From positions 1-64,000 of the forward strand of contig NW_021831988.1 of NCBI RefSeq assembly GCF_006345805.1: a stretch of 64,000 nt of DNA, read 5' to 3'. Below are positions 40,001 to 52,052 of this stretch, piece by piece (the first letter of the stretch is position 1; every line of letters begins with the position of its first letter). The notes beneath the pieces were generated by a model that saw only the letters and a program-made list of their open reading frames with translations, searched no databases and was not told where the DNA came from. A program made the translations under genes and the position numbers. This DNA is from Octopus sinensis. Taxonomy: Eukaryota.

Positions 40001-41441
40001 AGTAGAAAAAGAAAGATATGTCAAAGTTTGATTTGTCAGAAGTGAACATTGCCGATTGGGATGGGGAAATAATCCGCCGAATATGCGACACTGAGATTGT
40101 AACTGGTTTGTTTCAAGGCTCTACATTCGTAGGGAATGGACTACTGACGGAAGTCGTGCCTCTCTTGTTGGAGATCTGCCACGGCTCGGAAATCAAAGAC
40201 CGTTCTCTAATTATAACTGCAGCCACCACTCTTGGGAAATTCGCATATTTGAGGTTTTTTGTGTTTTTAGTTACGTTAGTTCCCAACTGTGTGCATCAAA
40301 CATTCAACTGTTGGTATCTCTAATGGATAGATCTCCCTTTCCTTCTCTCCGCTCAAACCTCACGATTGTGGTGGGGGACTTGGCTTATCGTCATCCGAAT
40401 ATAACTGAGCCGTGGGTTCAGTATGTCTACAAGAGGTATTTGTGATTTATTTGGAATGGAATAGAATGGAGGATAAGGATGTTTATGTTAGAAGGACTGC
40501 AGTTTTGGTCGTGTCGAGACTTGTCCTCAATGAGATTGTGAAGGCAAAGGGGTCGGTGAGTGCAATGGCCAGATGCATTGTGGAGTCTGATTCGAAGATT
40601 GTGTCGACGTCTCGTGCCTTCTTCTCAGAACTGTCGCTTAAAGTTATATTTGTGTGTTTCCTTCTCAGGGGAACACTTTGTATAATATATTACCGGATAT
40701 TATTAGCAGACTGATGGATGATTATCAGGTCACCCAGGATGACTTTGAAGTCATTATGACGTACGATTTGGGGTTTATTTTATTAGATTTTTGTTGTCTT
40801 TGATCACTAAGAATGTTCAACATGAAAATCTTGTTGAGAAACTTAGTTATCGATTTAGAACAGTCAGGTTGTTTTGCTTTGTATGGATTTGTTTAGTGAT
40901 ATGTTGCAAGTTAAGAAGTTGGCTTTTTGTATGTCAATGCTCACATTTACTGAGCGATGTCTTGCTAAATTGCAGGAGAATGTGAGCTGCTTCCGCCCCC
41001 ATTTGAGAGATCCCGAGATTTATAACTATTTTTGTATTATTTTAAACAAAGCTGCAAAAAATGCCAAAATTGAGTCTAAGGTTACTGATTGGTTTATAAA
41101 CCACGCAGGAACTGATTGAAGAACTAAAAAAACAGTTTACGAGCCTTCATATGAGAAGGGAAGATGGAAATATTCAGAAAAATGAAGATGATAAAAATTG
41201 TGAATCTCCAAAAAATGGAGCAAAACGTTTTAGTTCTCGTTCATTTGCCTACCGCAGTCCGTGTGGTAGCGAGAGCGAGGAAATCGAGAATTTTGTCGCT
41301 GGTCATGAAAATGTCATTTCCTGTAACTGATAGTTCTTATTTGCAGCGGGAGAATTACGTTCTCCATTTCTTGCACCAGTGAGAAGACCAACTCGTTTAT
41401 GTGTGGTGAGTGATAGTTCGGATAGTTTGGATTCTGATTAA
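37075..41441 (+). CDS. NCAPD2: Condensin I subunit CAP-D2
   Basis: MNSALLDFEIPAKKDDL; EHIHDINAFVRVKVLQTW; RLHDKSTLVRKRGVQLL; DRSPFPSLRSNLTIVVGDLAYRHPNITEPW; EDKDVYVRRTAVLVVSRLVLNEIVKAKG; acidic tail with stop at 41439-41441. Confidence 0.9.
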
Positions 41442-42104
41442 ATTTATTTTGATCTATATTCTTCCCTAAAGTGTTGTTTGTTGTCGAATTTAGGGATTCA
41501 GCATTTTGTACAATCATTGTATCCTTCATTGGATTATTAGCATGTGAATTATTTATAGTCAATACTACACAAGATTAAGGAGTCTTGAAGACAAGTCATA
41601 ATATTTTTATAGAACAAGTATTCTATTGGTTCCGAGAAAACAATTAATTAACAAACATATATATTTATTGGTAAAATATAAAATGGTGACGAAGCACCTC
41701 CCAAAAAGCAATTTCGAACCTGAAAGGTAAAAACTACGAAAATATAAATAATTTGCCAATAAATAAAGATTAGCCTGAAGATTTGAATTCATAGTTAATA
41801 TCTCAGACAACTGCAAGGAAATGGATATTAAACGTGAAAAAGCGTTTAAAATAAAGCTCTTTTTAAGTCGACAATCCGATATCATGATCCAACCTGGCTA
41901 AAAAAGTCAGACTATCGAGAATATAGAATTACATAATACGAATGCACTTTTTATCAAGTTTGTGAGTATTTTAAGATACAGCATTATTAAGGGATGTCTT
42001 GTATGATTCTTCTGTCCATCCCTTCTACAGTCAGTTGTAAACACATTGATTGATAGTTTATATAAAAATTAGTCATTAAAAACAATATTAACTTAAGTTG
42101 TAAC

Positions 42105-42637
42105 TTAAACTGATAAGTAAAAGTCAACATGTTTATTTATTTCAAAATCAACTCGAAATGGTAGAAACGAAGAGAATTCATCACCGAGAACTTGATATAA
42201 TTTTCTGTTCCGTCTTTTATCAATCCAATCTCCGTCTTCCCAATCGTAGTGAGACGGGCCACTTAATGGCGATGATAGCCATATTTGTTTAGAAGGCAGT
42301 TGCCTGCTGATTACGTAAGTGCCCTTTAATTCTGGTATGTATACTGTAATTGAAGCGTCTTGAATGTCAGTACAAAAATCAGTTCCGACTTTATCAGATT
42401 CTTCTATACGTAAAAAATTGTCACTCAGACTGATAAATGTGGATTTCAGAGCTTTTAAGTAATCCTGGTCAGTACTATATGAATAAATATATATACTTAC
42501 CATTTTTTACTTAGAGGTTTAAAATTGTGTTTAAAAATTAATATTCTTGGTTTTAGAAAAGAATTGAATGAACATGTCTGAAACCTGGGCACAAATCCCA
42601 AACGACGAAATAGTGATACACATGAACTAGTGTTCAT
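42105..42637 (-). CDS. FXN: Frataxin
   Basis: Presequence-like N-terminus (ATG 42637), a 26-nt intron at 42475-42500, then GTYVISRQLPSKQIWLSSPLSGPSHYDW. Confidence 0.9.
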
Positions 42638-44468
42638 TTTAAATTAATTTAACTAAAAAAGTAAATTTAATTCTTGTAGAGATAGATAATTATTACTTTT
42701 CGATTTTTTTGTTAACAAAACAAACATGGATTCCTTTTTTTATCATAACATCAAAAAGTGCATAAATATTATCATTGATTAAAAAAAATATTTAAAACTT
42801 ATCAGAAAACCATTAATTTTGTTTTGTCGATCAAAATATGACAGAATTTGTTGTCATCAACTCAAATGTAAAATATGAAAATTTTATCTTTTAGTTGGAT
42901 ACTAAAAGTATTAGTTTCCTTGTCAAATCAGAGAATTTATTTAAAGTGTTTCTTCGACATAATTTCTATCAAATAATGTCTTCTCGGTTAATTTAAGATT
43001 GTCTCAATTTGGAAGTCATAATTCCTTTTGTGTTTAATTCAAAAAGCAGATAAGGTTTCAAAGTATGTTGAGAAAAATCTCCGAAAGTATCCCTGACTGT
43101 TAAAAATTAGAGTAAAGAGTACAGAATACATGATTTTGGAATAGTGTATAATTAATAACTGATTTAAGTAAATTAATGGCCTGAAAATTGATTTATTCAA
43201 TTGTATCAAACATAATTAATTCAATCGCCTGTTGAGAATTTGACCAATTAATCGGTCTGATTAAACAATCTTTTCTCAGAATCACTAAAAACTTTGTACA
43301 AATAAAAATTCTGTTATATGATGGAAAAAACGAATCATAAGCTTTAAACGAGCTTTAGCTTCGAGGTCAAACGTTTAAATTGAATATTACCAATAATTTA
43401 TGTGACTTATTTGAGGCATAATTTTGTTTTGTTTGAGCTGCTCTTTAAAGGCTGAATATGTCGGGATCCCAGATTATGTAGAAAAGTGGCACAGCTATAT
43501 CTCAAAATAAGATTGGTCCCATTTTCTGAATTCAATTATTAGTTTTATAAATTCGGTTATTTATACATAAAACCAATTTTTGCTAACTTGAGTTTTTGAT
43601 GAGCTAAAGTTTTGTAGAATTTGTTTAAAAACCTAAGTATTGTATTTAATATTTCATCAATTCTCTCAGTGTGGGCAGATTTAGACAAGTTTATATGCTT
43701 TCAGACTTGTTTTAAATTGTTTTTCGAACAAAAATTTGTATTTTTATTTTATACAGCCAAAAGGATTTCCTGTCATAAAATAATCACGTTTCTGTCATCA
43801 ATCAACAGTGCTACTTTTCTTTACAAAGAAAATTAAATGAAGCTTAATTATTTAATTTTATTTGCACTCTAATTAGCACGAATGAATGAAAAATTATTAA
43901 TTAAGTACATTTTAAAACTATATTTGTTAGCATTTCAGAATTACTAAAACTGATTTTTCAAAATGAATCAAACTTGAAACAACTGGAATGAAACTACTGA
44001 ACTGATATCTGGCTAGATTCTCTACAAAAAAGATTTCCTCAGTCTTTATTGACTGGCAATCTATTGTCTAGAGCAGTGCCTAATGAGGATTGTCTTTGTT
44101 TGAATCGAGCTCGTCGAGACGTGTCTGCACTAATTGGGCTGCTATAAATAATTGTTTTCTTTGTATTGTCATAGAAATCTACTTTGTATTATATATCATT
44201 TTTCTAAATTATATGTGGTTTTTAAACTATTAGTTTTTCGGTCTTTGGGCCGTTTATAATAGTATTGGTAGCCATAGCTCCAGTTGAGCAACCGCGGTCT
44301 CATTGACAACAGTAGCCTGTCAACTATTTCCATGTTTTCATTTTATGCACAATCCCAAAGATCACATCCTTCATTACTAACTCATAATTCTATTCCCGTC
44401 ATGCTAGAATATTTTATAAACTATTTAGCGCATTTTCTATTCAGTAAAAATTATTTTAGGCTGAATAT

Positions 44469-46637
44469 ATGCAACCAAATGTAGGTTCTAACTTATCTGA
44501 GGTATTTTTTATACAATATTGTTTTAGGCTGGGGGTCTCTATGATTCAAAAATTGGCATTTTTCCGTACTGCCCAACCAGTTCTGGAGATTACTACGACT
44601 TCAATCAACCACTAATTTATTCAGAGCCATTCTATGGAAACGTAGAGATTTCAATTAAGACAACTTTTAGGAACTCTCTCCTCAACAAACAAATTCGCAA
44701 AACTACTCAAATGAAGTGATTAAATGGTCAGAATCAAACGAATCATTTTCTCGCCATTCATATCACTCCAATCGTGCTTATCCTGCAACGGTAATGGTTT
44801 TAGACTAATGTGAAGGTTACATGGCTTTTGGACAACTACGAGACCGTGGAAGGAGTGAGTCTACCTCGTTGTATGCTATATCTTCATTACAAACGGCATT
44901 GTGAGGAAATGAACTTCCCGCCGATGAATCGGGCATCGTTCGGGAAATTGATTCGATCGGTTTTCTCTGGTCTGCGTACAAGAAGACTTGGCACTCGGTT
45001 TTTATGTACCTCAATATTTCAGAGGGAACTCAAAATATCACTACTATGGAATAAGAATACGTTCATCGTCCAATTTAAACAAAATGGTCAAAAAAGAAAT
45101 CGTTAGTCCCAAAAGAGTGCAAACATATCGAATTATCACACAGTATTTGTTTTGTTCTTAATTTCTTGACCTGAGAAAGGTACAGCTTTGTCTAAGGAAA
45201 TTTTAATGTGTGGCTGGCCGAGTGATGCCAATTTGGCGGAAAAGAATAGTCTTATTGAAACAAATCTAAAAAATAATTTTTCTCGTCAAATTCCAGAATT
45301 TAGCCCTATTTCTAGCCACAAAGAATCCACAAATTTACAAATTTTTGAAAAAAATTACCGAAACCACTGCCACGTATTTTTGATTGATTACTTTTAAGGA
45401 AATTAACGAAGCCTTTTCTCAATTTAACTTTAAAATTGTTCCAAAAATCTGGAAGGACTTTTGGTTCAATGAAAATAAGTAAATCTTTAAATTTTTTATC
45501 AAAAGTAAACAATCCTGGGAAATTTTATCCTTACCGGAAGTCGCTAAATTTGTGTTTGAGGCGGATTGTAGATTTTACCAACATTTGGTCAATGAATTGA
45601 TCCCCGACGTTCTTACTGAAATGCCAAGTTTGAATACTTTGTTAAAATTTAGGTGATCTTGTTCAGAATATTAGAATTTTTGCAAAGGCTGTCAAATCTC
45701 AACTTTGCTCAATTCTTTTTACAGCAAAGCTTGATAGAAATTTCGTCGTTATGAAGGTAATTATTTTGATTGAATATTTTAAGTTTAAATTATTATTTCA
45801 TTAAATAATATAATTTTATATTGAATCAATATTTAAATAGTTGCATGCCGTTGTCGCGTTCTCTCAAATCTTACGACGTTCCATAAAGCTACAGCATTTG
45901 ACCCAGGTAGTCCCAGATTCCGCTCGACGACAAATAATGTGCTCCGATCTCTCACAAATAGACTTTGGCGAAATTCACGTTTCGTTAATCACCATATTTT
46001 AAAGGAACAACTGGCATGGCTCACATCTTGTAAAATGGAATTCGTTTTTCAAACTGTTGAGAATTTCAAATCAGCTCTTGCAAATTTCAATGCCCTTGAA
46101 AATTGGCGCGACTGGTTTACCCAAATAATCGACAAAGTTTTGACCCCTGTTCTATCACGTGAAAATTTACAGGAAAAGGCGAAAGAGTTTACTCTCAAAT
46201 GGTCATTCTATGGGTATTCTCTTTTAATTCAATTTTGTCAGGTCTATGGTTTTGAGGGATCTAACCTTAAGATCCTGTCCTAGTTTTGGCTCGTTTCACA
46301 TTCTTAGACTATTTTTTGACGAGTTAATGCATTATCTTGTTGAGAATAAGGTTGCTTTGATGATGGAAACTACTCAAGTTGGTCTCATAGCCGAGATTAA
46401 AGGAGTTTGTCATTAATGGTTTTTAAATTGTCAGAATAATCCAAGTTTGGCTGTTCTGAACATAGAAAATGGGCATGAAAGTAATAATAATGATTGGTCT
46501 TTAGAACGTTCTGAATAAATTAACATTTCGTTTTATTTTTAGCTTTTTCCGCTTTAGTCTCATTACTAAATATGGCTCTTTATACAAGTTTTGTGAGGGT
46601 CTGCGCGGTTCTCAATTTAAGCATCCTCAAGTTCTGA
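44469..46637 (+). CDS. RFX1/2/3: RFX1/2/3-type transcription factor
   Basis: DNA-binding domain RAYPAT/VTWLLDNYETVEGVSLPRCMLYLHY...ASFGKLIRSVFSGLRTRRLGTR/GNSKYHYYGI. Dimerisation domain FTLKWSFY...SFGSFHILRLFFDELMHYLVE. Both ends are approximate. Confidence 0.9.
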
Positions 46638-46825
46638 ATAATCATTAGATTTGTAGCCAGATAATAGAATATAAGATTTGGGCTGTTTCGTGAGTAATAA
46701 ACACTAGTTAAATGAATGAATGAAGTTTTATAACATGTATAATAAACAGTCAATACCACTTTTAGTTTATGAAATTGATGAAAGATCAAAAATATTATCA
46801 TAAATAGACTAAACAATTTTTTGAA

Positions 46826-48593
46826 TCAGAAATTTTTTAGCAAACTTCGTAAAATGATAGTAAATGTTAGTTTTTTATTACGTGGATTTATTTTAAAGAA
46901 TCCCGAATTTTGTTTTTTTCACGTTCGATGATGCTTCTCATTTTTTCATTATATATTTCTTCTGCTTGTTTCATTGATAGGTTCTATCAATGATAAGCTT
47001 ACGACTCACTTCTAATTGATCTTTTTCATGTTTTTTTCGCTTTAAGAAATCGTTGTACTCAATTTGAGAAAGGATTTCATTTTTTCTGGCAATTTTGGCA
47101 TTTTTGTCTTTTTCATTTTTCTCTCTGATTTCTTTTTCCATGTTTAGAGTTTCTTCAATCAATTTAGTTTTTGCAATTTCTTTTTCTTGTTCAAGTCTTT
47201 CCATTTTAAATTCTAAACATTACAAATATAATTCACCTTTCTGCCGTTTATGATTTTCTTTAAATTGATTTATGGAATCCATCAGTTCGATTTTTTTATT
47301 TTTCCGTTCTGCATTTGCTTGCCTATTCAGTCGATCTATTTCTTTCTGTTTTTCATTTACATAAGACAATATTTCATTTTCTTGCTGTTTTTCTAATTCC
47401 TGGTTTTTACGGACATGATTGAGATATTGAAGAGCTTCGCGAGCCATTTCATTCTGCATAATGTATATTTTCAATTTATTACTTTTCTTTGAGCAATAGC
47501 ATTTCTTTCCTTATTTTGGTCTAACTGGGCCATTCCAATGATATCTTTTTCGTATAAATCTTCTTGCTGTCTTTCATTTTCAGTTTTCAATTTTTTAAAT
47601 TCCACACAACGGTCGAGCATAAATTTTGTTTTCTTTTGATTTTCTTTTTTCATGACTGCCTTTTGTTGTTCATAGAGTTTTGTCTCATTTATTAACCGAT
47701 TCTAAAAATTACAAATATATAGTCATTTATACTGTCAGTTCTTCGTCATTTTGGTTTTCAAGTTGTTTTTTATAATTATTTTCTTCAATTTGTTTCTCTA
47801 GAAATTTGCGGAGTTCGATGCTGTCTTGCATTTTTTTATTTTTTTCATTTAATTCGTTTTCTTCGCTCATTTGTGATTTCTATGTATAATTGAATTAATT
47901 AATACTTTATAAATTAAATTATTCCACATCTCCAATTCTTGTTTTTCATTTTGTGCGATTTCAGCTGAAACCAAAACTTGATTGTCGCGACTTTTTTTAA
48001 GTTCCAATTCCGCGTAGTGTTTTCTAAGAGCCTTTAAAGGACCAGCACTGCTTCTAATTGGGCCTTTTAAATCATAAAAATAACTCAAATTGTTCATTTC
48101 TTTTCTGTTCAATAATTTCGTTATGTTCTAATTCTCGCTTGTTTCGAACTTGCTCAACTCTTTGTTTTAATCTATTTACACGGTCTAGTCTTGATTCCAA
48201 GTTATTATATGTCTCTGTAATATAGTCATTTCTTTCTTTTTTTAAAAGTTCTTTTAAGCTATATATAGCTGACAAAAAATAGACCAATTTTGTTTATCTT
48301 CAAATGATAGATTTTGTTGTGCTTTTATATTTTGAAATCGTATTTTGGTTAAATTTTCAACTTTTGTATCAAACAATTTGTTTTCCCATCGGACTTTCCA
48401 TTCTGAAAAATTTTTCTGTTGTGAAATTTTGTTATAATCAGTTTTCATGGTATGGATGGATTTTTGAGATGAACGAGGTGATCGTTCAAGCTAAAATAAA
48501 TGTTTTAAATAAAAAGGAAAACACAAATTAACACTAACTAACCAATCCGACTGAATATGGTTGACACCCTGTATACTCTCTTCTTCTTGTCAT
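46826..48593 (-). CDS. CFAP53: CFAP53/CCDC11-like ciliary coiled-coil protein
   Basis: LKELLKKERNDYITETYNNLESRLDRVNRLKQRVEQVRNKRELEHNEIIEQKRNEQF aligns by eye with CFAP53 (LRELLALEENEY...EKLDQQF), followed by a trichoplein-like E/K/R coiled coil. ATG at 48593. Stop at 46826 or 46837, depending on the last intron. Confidence 0.7.
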
Positions 48594-48850
48594 TTGTTGC
48601 CAATTATTGTTTCCCTTGGTGATTATTTTTAATAATATTTATAAAGAATGTGTTATTAATTTATACCATACTAATTTTTAGTGAATCAAACCAAATAAAA
48701 AGTAAAATTAGCTAAATATAATTACTAAAAGTTTCTATTCTATTCGAGAAATATATAATGTCCGCAAATGTTTCTTATTGTGTTGGATTAAGAAAAGTGA
48801 CTTTTTTGGTAATTCAATTTTTGATCTTTGTTTTCTAGATAATATGATTT

Positions 48851-48864
48851 GTTGCCTTAACAAC
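48851..48864. promoter_or_regulatory. X-box (RFX site) upstream of CFAP53
   Basis: GTTGCCTTAACAAC matches the 14-bp X-box consensus RTHNYY-WT-RRNRAC at every position, about 260 bp upstream of the ATG. A weaker GTTTCCCTTGGTGAT lies at 48609-48623. Confidence 0.5.
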
Positions 48865-50245
48865 TTGATCATTTTAGCTTTTAAATTCTAACCAAATCAT
48901 GTGTTTAACTAACATATTCTTTGCCTTTTTTGACTGTCATTAAACTACAATGGGGCCAAACTTAACAAAATATATCTTATGGGTAAAAATGTACAGTATC
49001 AAAATTTATTGAGTGGTTTCATAATTTTTTCAGCCCATTTTATTTATCAAAGTAAAAATTTTGAATCATAAAGAAAGAATCTATATAAATTCAAAATCTT
49101 TTACTTTTTGAAATTTCCATATGAATTTACTAATTTTCAAAAATTTTTAATCAAATTTGTAAAGACAAAGCAAAATTTGATCTTCACATCGTTCATATAG
49201 GACGTTTTTAATAATTAAAAGACATCTGGTAAGGGTTCCATTTTCAAAATAAGATTGATCAACACCTTTGGCTATTTGGTCAGGAGTTTCAATATTTGTT
49301 TGAATTTTTATTTGCGATAGAATTCCAGAAATTTTCCAAGTCTTTTTTTGTGTCGATAATGGCAAAACAACTTTGACAAAACCTACGGATTAAAACAAAA
49401 CAACCCTAAAACTGATATACTAGAGATTCATTAAAGACTATTCACCCAAAATCGTTATAGTGGGTCATATGGGCTCATAATATGGATGGTATAGCTTTTT
49501 GAATACAGAACACAAACACTATGGAATTCAATACAATGTGAAGAAAATTAGCATGAAGAAATAGATAACAAAAATGACAATCCCATTGGTTATGCAGATG
49601 GACTTAAATATTTGAAAAATATTTTTGCAAGAATCTTGTTAACATATTCACCTGATTACAAATTTGAGAAATATATTGGCTACAATTAAAAAGAAGGAAC
49701 CTAAAATTACCGATTACACGACACATTTTTAATTAAAACAATTTTTTAGTTCATTTTAATTAACGAATGTTCAAATTTCGTTTTCGTTAAATGAATAATC
49801 TACTGTATATACATTGCTTTATCGCAGATTTTAGAATCCATTTTTGAAAAACATTCAAGGGTCATGTTTCTAAAAAATAAAGGTTATCGTATACAATCAG
49901 AAAAGTGACTTTCCCGTCTTCTCCTACGTCTTTTATGCAATTTCTCACAGATTAAACTTTTGACACAAAAAATTTGTCCTTTGTTATTCCAGTAATTAGG
50001 AGCAATCATAAAAGCAAAGGACACACTTTAAATACTTATCTTTGGATAGTTAATAGGAATTTTGGTTTTCGTCTTTGAAAGGCTCTTGGATTTTCAGAGA
50101 GAGTATATTTCAGACCCCACGTTCCTGAGTTGTAATGCAGTATACGGAGAACAAATGCGTTTTATAGTTGCATTTTTACAGATGTTAGAATGCGGGCGTA
50201 TCTTAACTATTTTTACTTAAATCTTTTGTTGGCAAGAATCTAGAG

Positions 50246-52052
50246 CAGGGGTTCTCAACCTTTTTGGCTCAAGGGCCAAATCGATAATTAAGATTAGCTT
50301 CGCGGGCCGCACAAAAAATATTTTATATATTTTTATATTTTCCATTTTACTAAATATTGATTCGCATAAATATGTAGATTCATATATGCATTGTGTATTA
50401 TATTTTTGAATTTGTCTTGAGGAATTAATTCGTAAAAATTAATAATGGACGCATTTTTGAACAATGCCGCCAGTTCTATATCATGTTTTAAATTAATGAG
50501 TTCTAGTTGAAACTTAATTTCCACGCTGAATGGAGTTGCGAAGGAATTCTTTAAAATTCTAAAAATTAAATTTATATAAATGTACCCCAAAACGTGCTTC
50601 AAATTGATTGTCACAGGCTGGATAATGCCCTGGGTTGGATAATACCCCCTTAAAAATTTTATTAAAATCAAACGAAAATAACCTGATAATTAATTAAAAA
50701 TAACTTGATAATGAAATTAAGTCGATTTATTCAATTTTTTATCAATTTTTTGATTGAATGAATTTTTCCAAGAGTCGGCAAAAACCGACATCACCAATTT
50801 TTCCGAATCAATAACGTTTTTTATTATAATTATACAGTTTTTTAGGTCTACCATTTAAAAACAAATATTAAAAATTCATGAATTTTTATTATATAAAAAA
50901 TTATTTGGATTTGCATCAATATCATGCCTCAGTAGGGCATTCTCTCCTACGGCTAAATCTTCATTAAATTTCCATTTCCGCCTTTTTTCCATTTTTTCTC
51001 CGGCGAAAACATGGCTTTCATACACACTTTGTTGATTCAAACAATCGTCCTCGTTTTCGAAATAATCAGATCCAATTATCTCCGATTGACTTGATTCAAC
51101 CGCTTCATTTTCATCGAATGACAATAACGCCAATCTTATTTCCTCCGGGATTAAATTATTTCCTACCATAAAAATTTCGAAAGGTGTCCTCTTGGTCGTT
51201 TCATGCTTCGCCATGTTATATTTATAAACGATTTCTTGATAGAAGTCTTTATAGCTTGCAAAAGACCCATTTGAGGCACTAGTTGAGCTAATCCACCTTT
51301 TGATCGATTGATTGAATCTAAAGATAAATTTACAAATAACTTACCTTTCTACATGACCCTGAATCCATGGTGCTTTAGGTTTCCATACATTTGTTCTTAA
51401 ATTCTTTCCCATTATCCGTCTTTAGAATAAATGGGGGACAAATCATGTAAAAAATATTCTTTAATTTTCTAGTAATTTCCTCCCCTGATTTCCGCCTGGC
51501 AACTGCGAATTTAAAAAATGAGTCTATAACCACAACCAACTACAATTTATACAAAAAGAAATAACCATCCATTATCGCTATTAAGGCTAGCATACCTTCT
51601 TAAATCCACTAAATCTGCAATCGGTCCATATAAAAAACATCTATTTGAATATTTTTGATTACTTCAAGTTCATCTTTAGTAAGGTTGAGTAAAACCATTT
51701 CTAAAATATAGATTTGATCAATTATACTTATTATTTTTTCAAATTGGAAAACTTAGATAACCAAAATAAATTTGCACGGTAGATTAATTTGAAAAAAAAC
51801 TTTGATAAATTACTAAAATAATTAAGAAAATCAAAAAATCTAATCAAAATTAATTTGAAAAAATATTTATTTTTTTAAAATAACGTTGAGTGGGCATTAT
51901 CCAACCCAGGGCATTATCCAGCCGGTGACATTGATTAATGAAATCACCAATTATGGATATGTTTAACCTTAAGAATGAATAATTAAATTTAAACATTATT
52001 AAAAAATTAAAAAAGTTAGTTACTCTAGAGGGGCCGCATTTGAGAACCGCTG
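50246..52052 (-). mobile_element. Non-autonomous hAT (second family), internally deleted
   Basis: TIRs CAGGGGTTCTCAACC and CAGCGGTTCTCAAAT with a perfect 8-bp TSD ATCTAGAG (50238-50245 and 52053-52060). It retains a hAT C-terminal remnant, FATPFSVEIKFQLELINLKHD. Confidence 0.9.
50609..51930 (-). mobile_element. Ginger2/Tdd-like integrase element, degenerate, nested in hAT
   Basis: TIR TGTCAC(A/C)GGCTGGATAATGCCCTGGGTTGGATAAT with the 5-bp TSD TTGAT (50604-50608 and 51931-51935). Integrase remnants ADLVDLRRYASLNSDNGW, KTDNGK, KPKAPWIQGHVER/FNQSIKRWI and YNMAKHETTKRTPFEIF. Confidence 0.9.
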
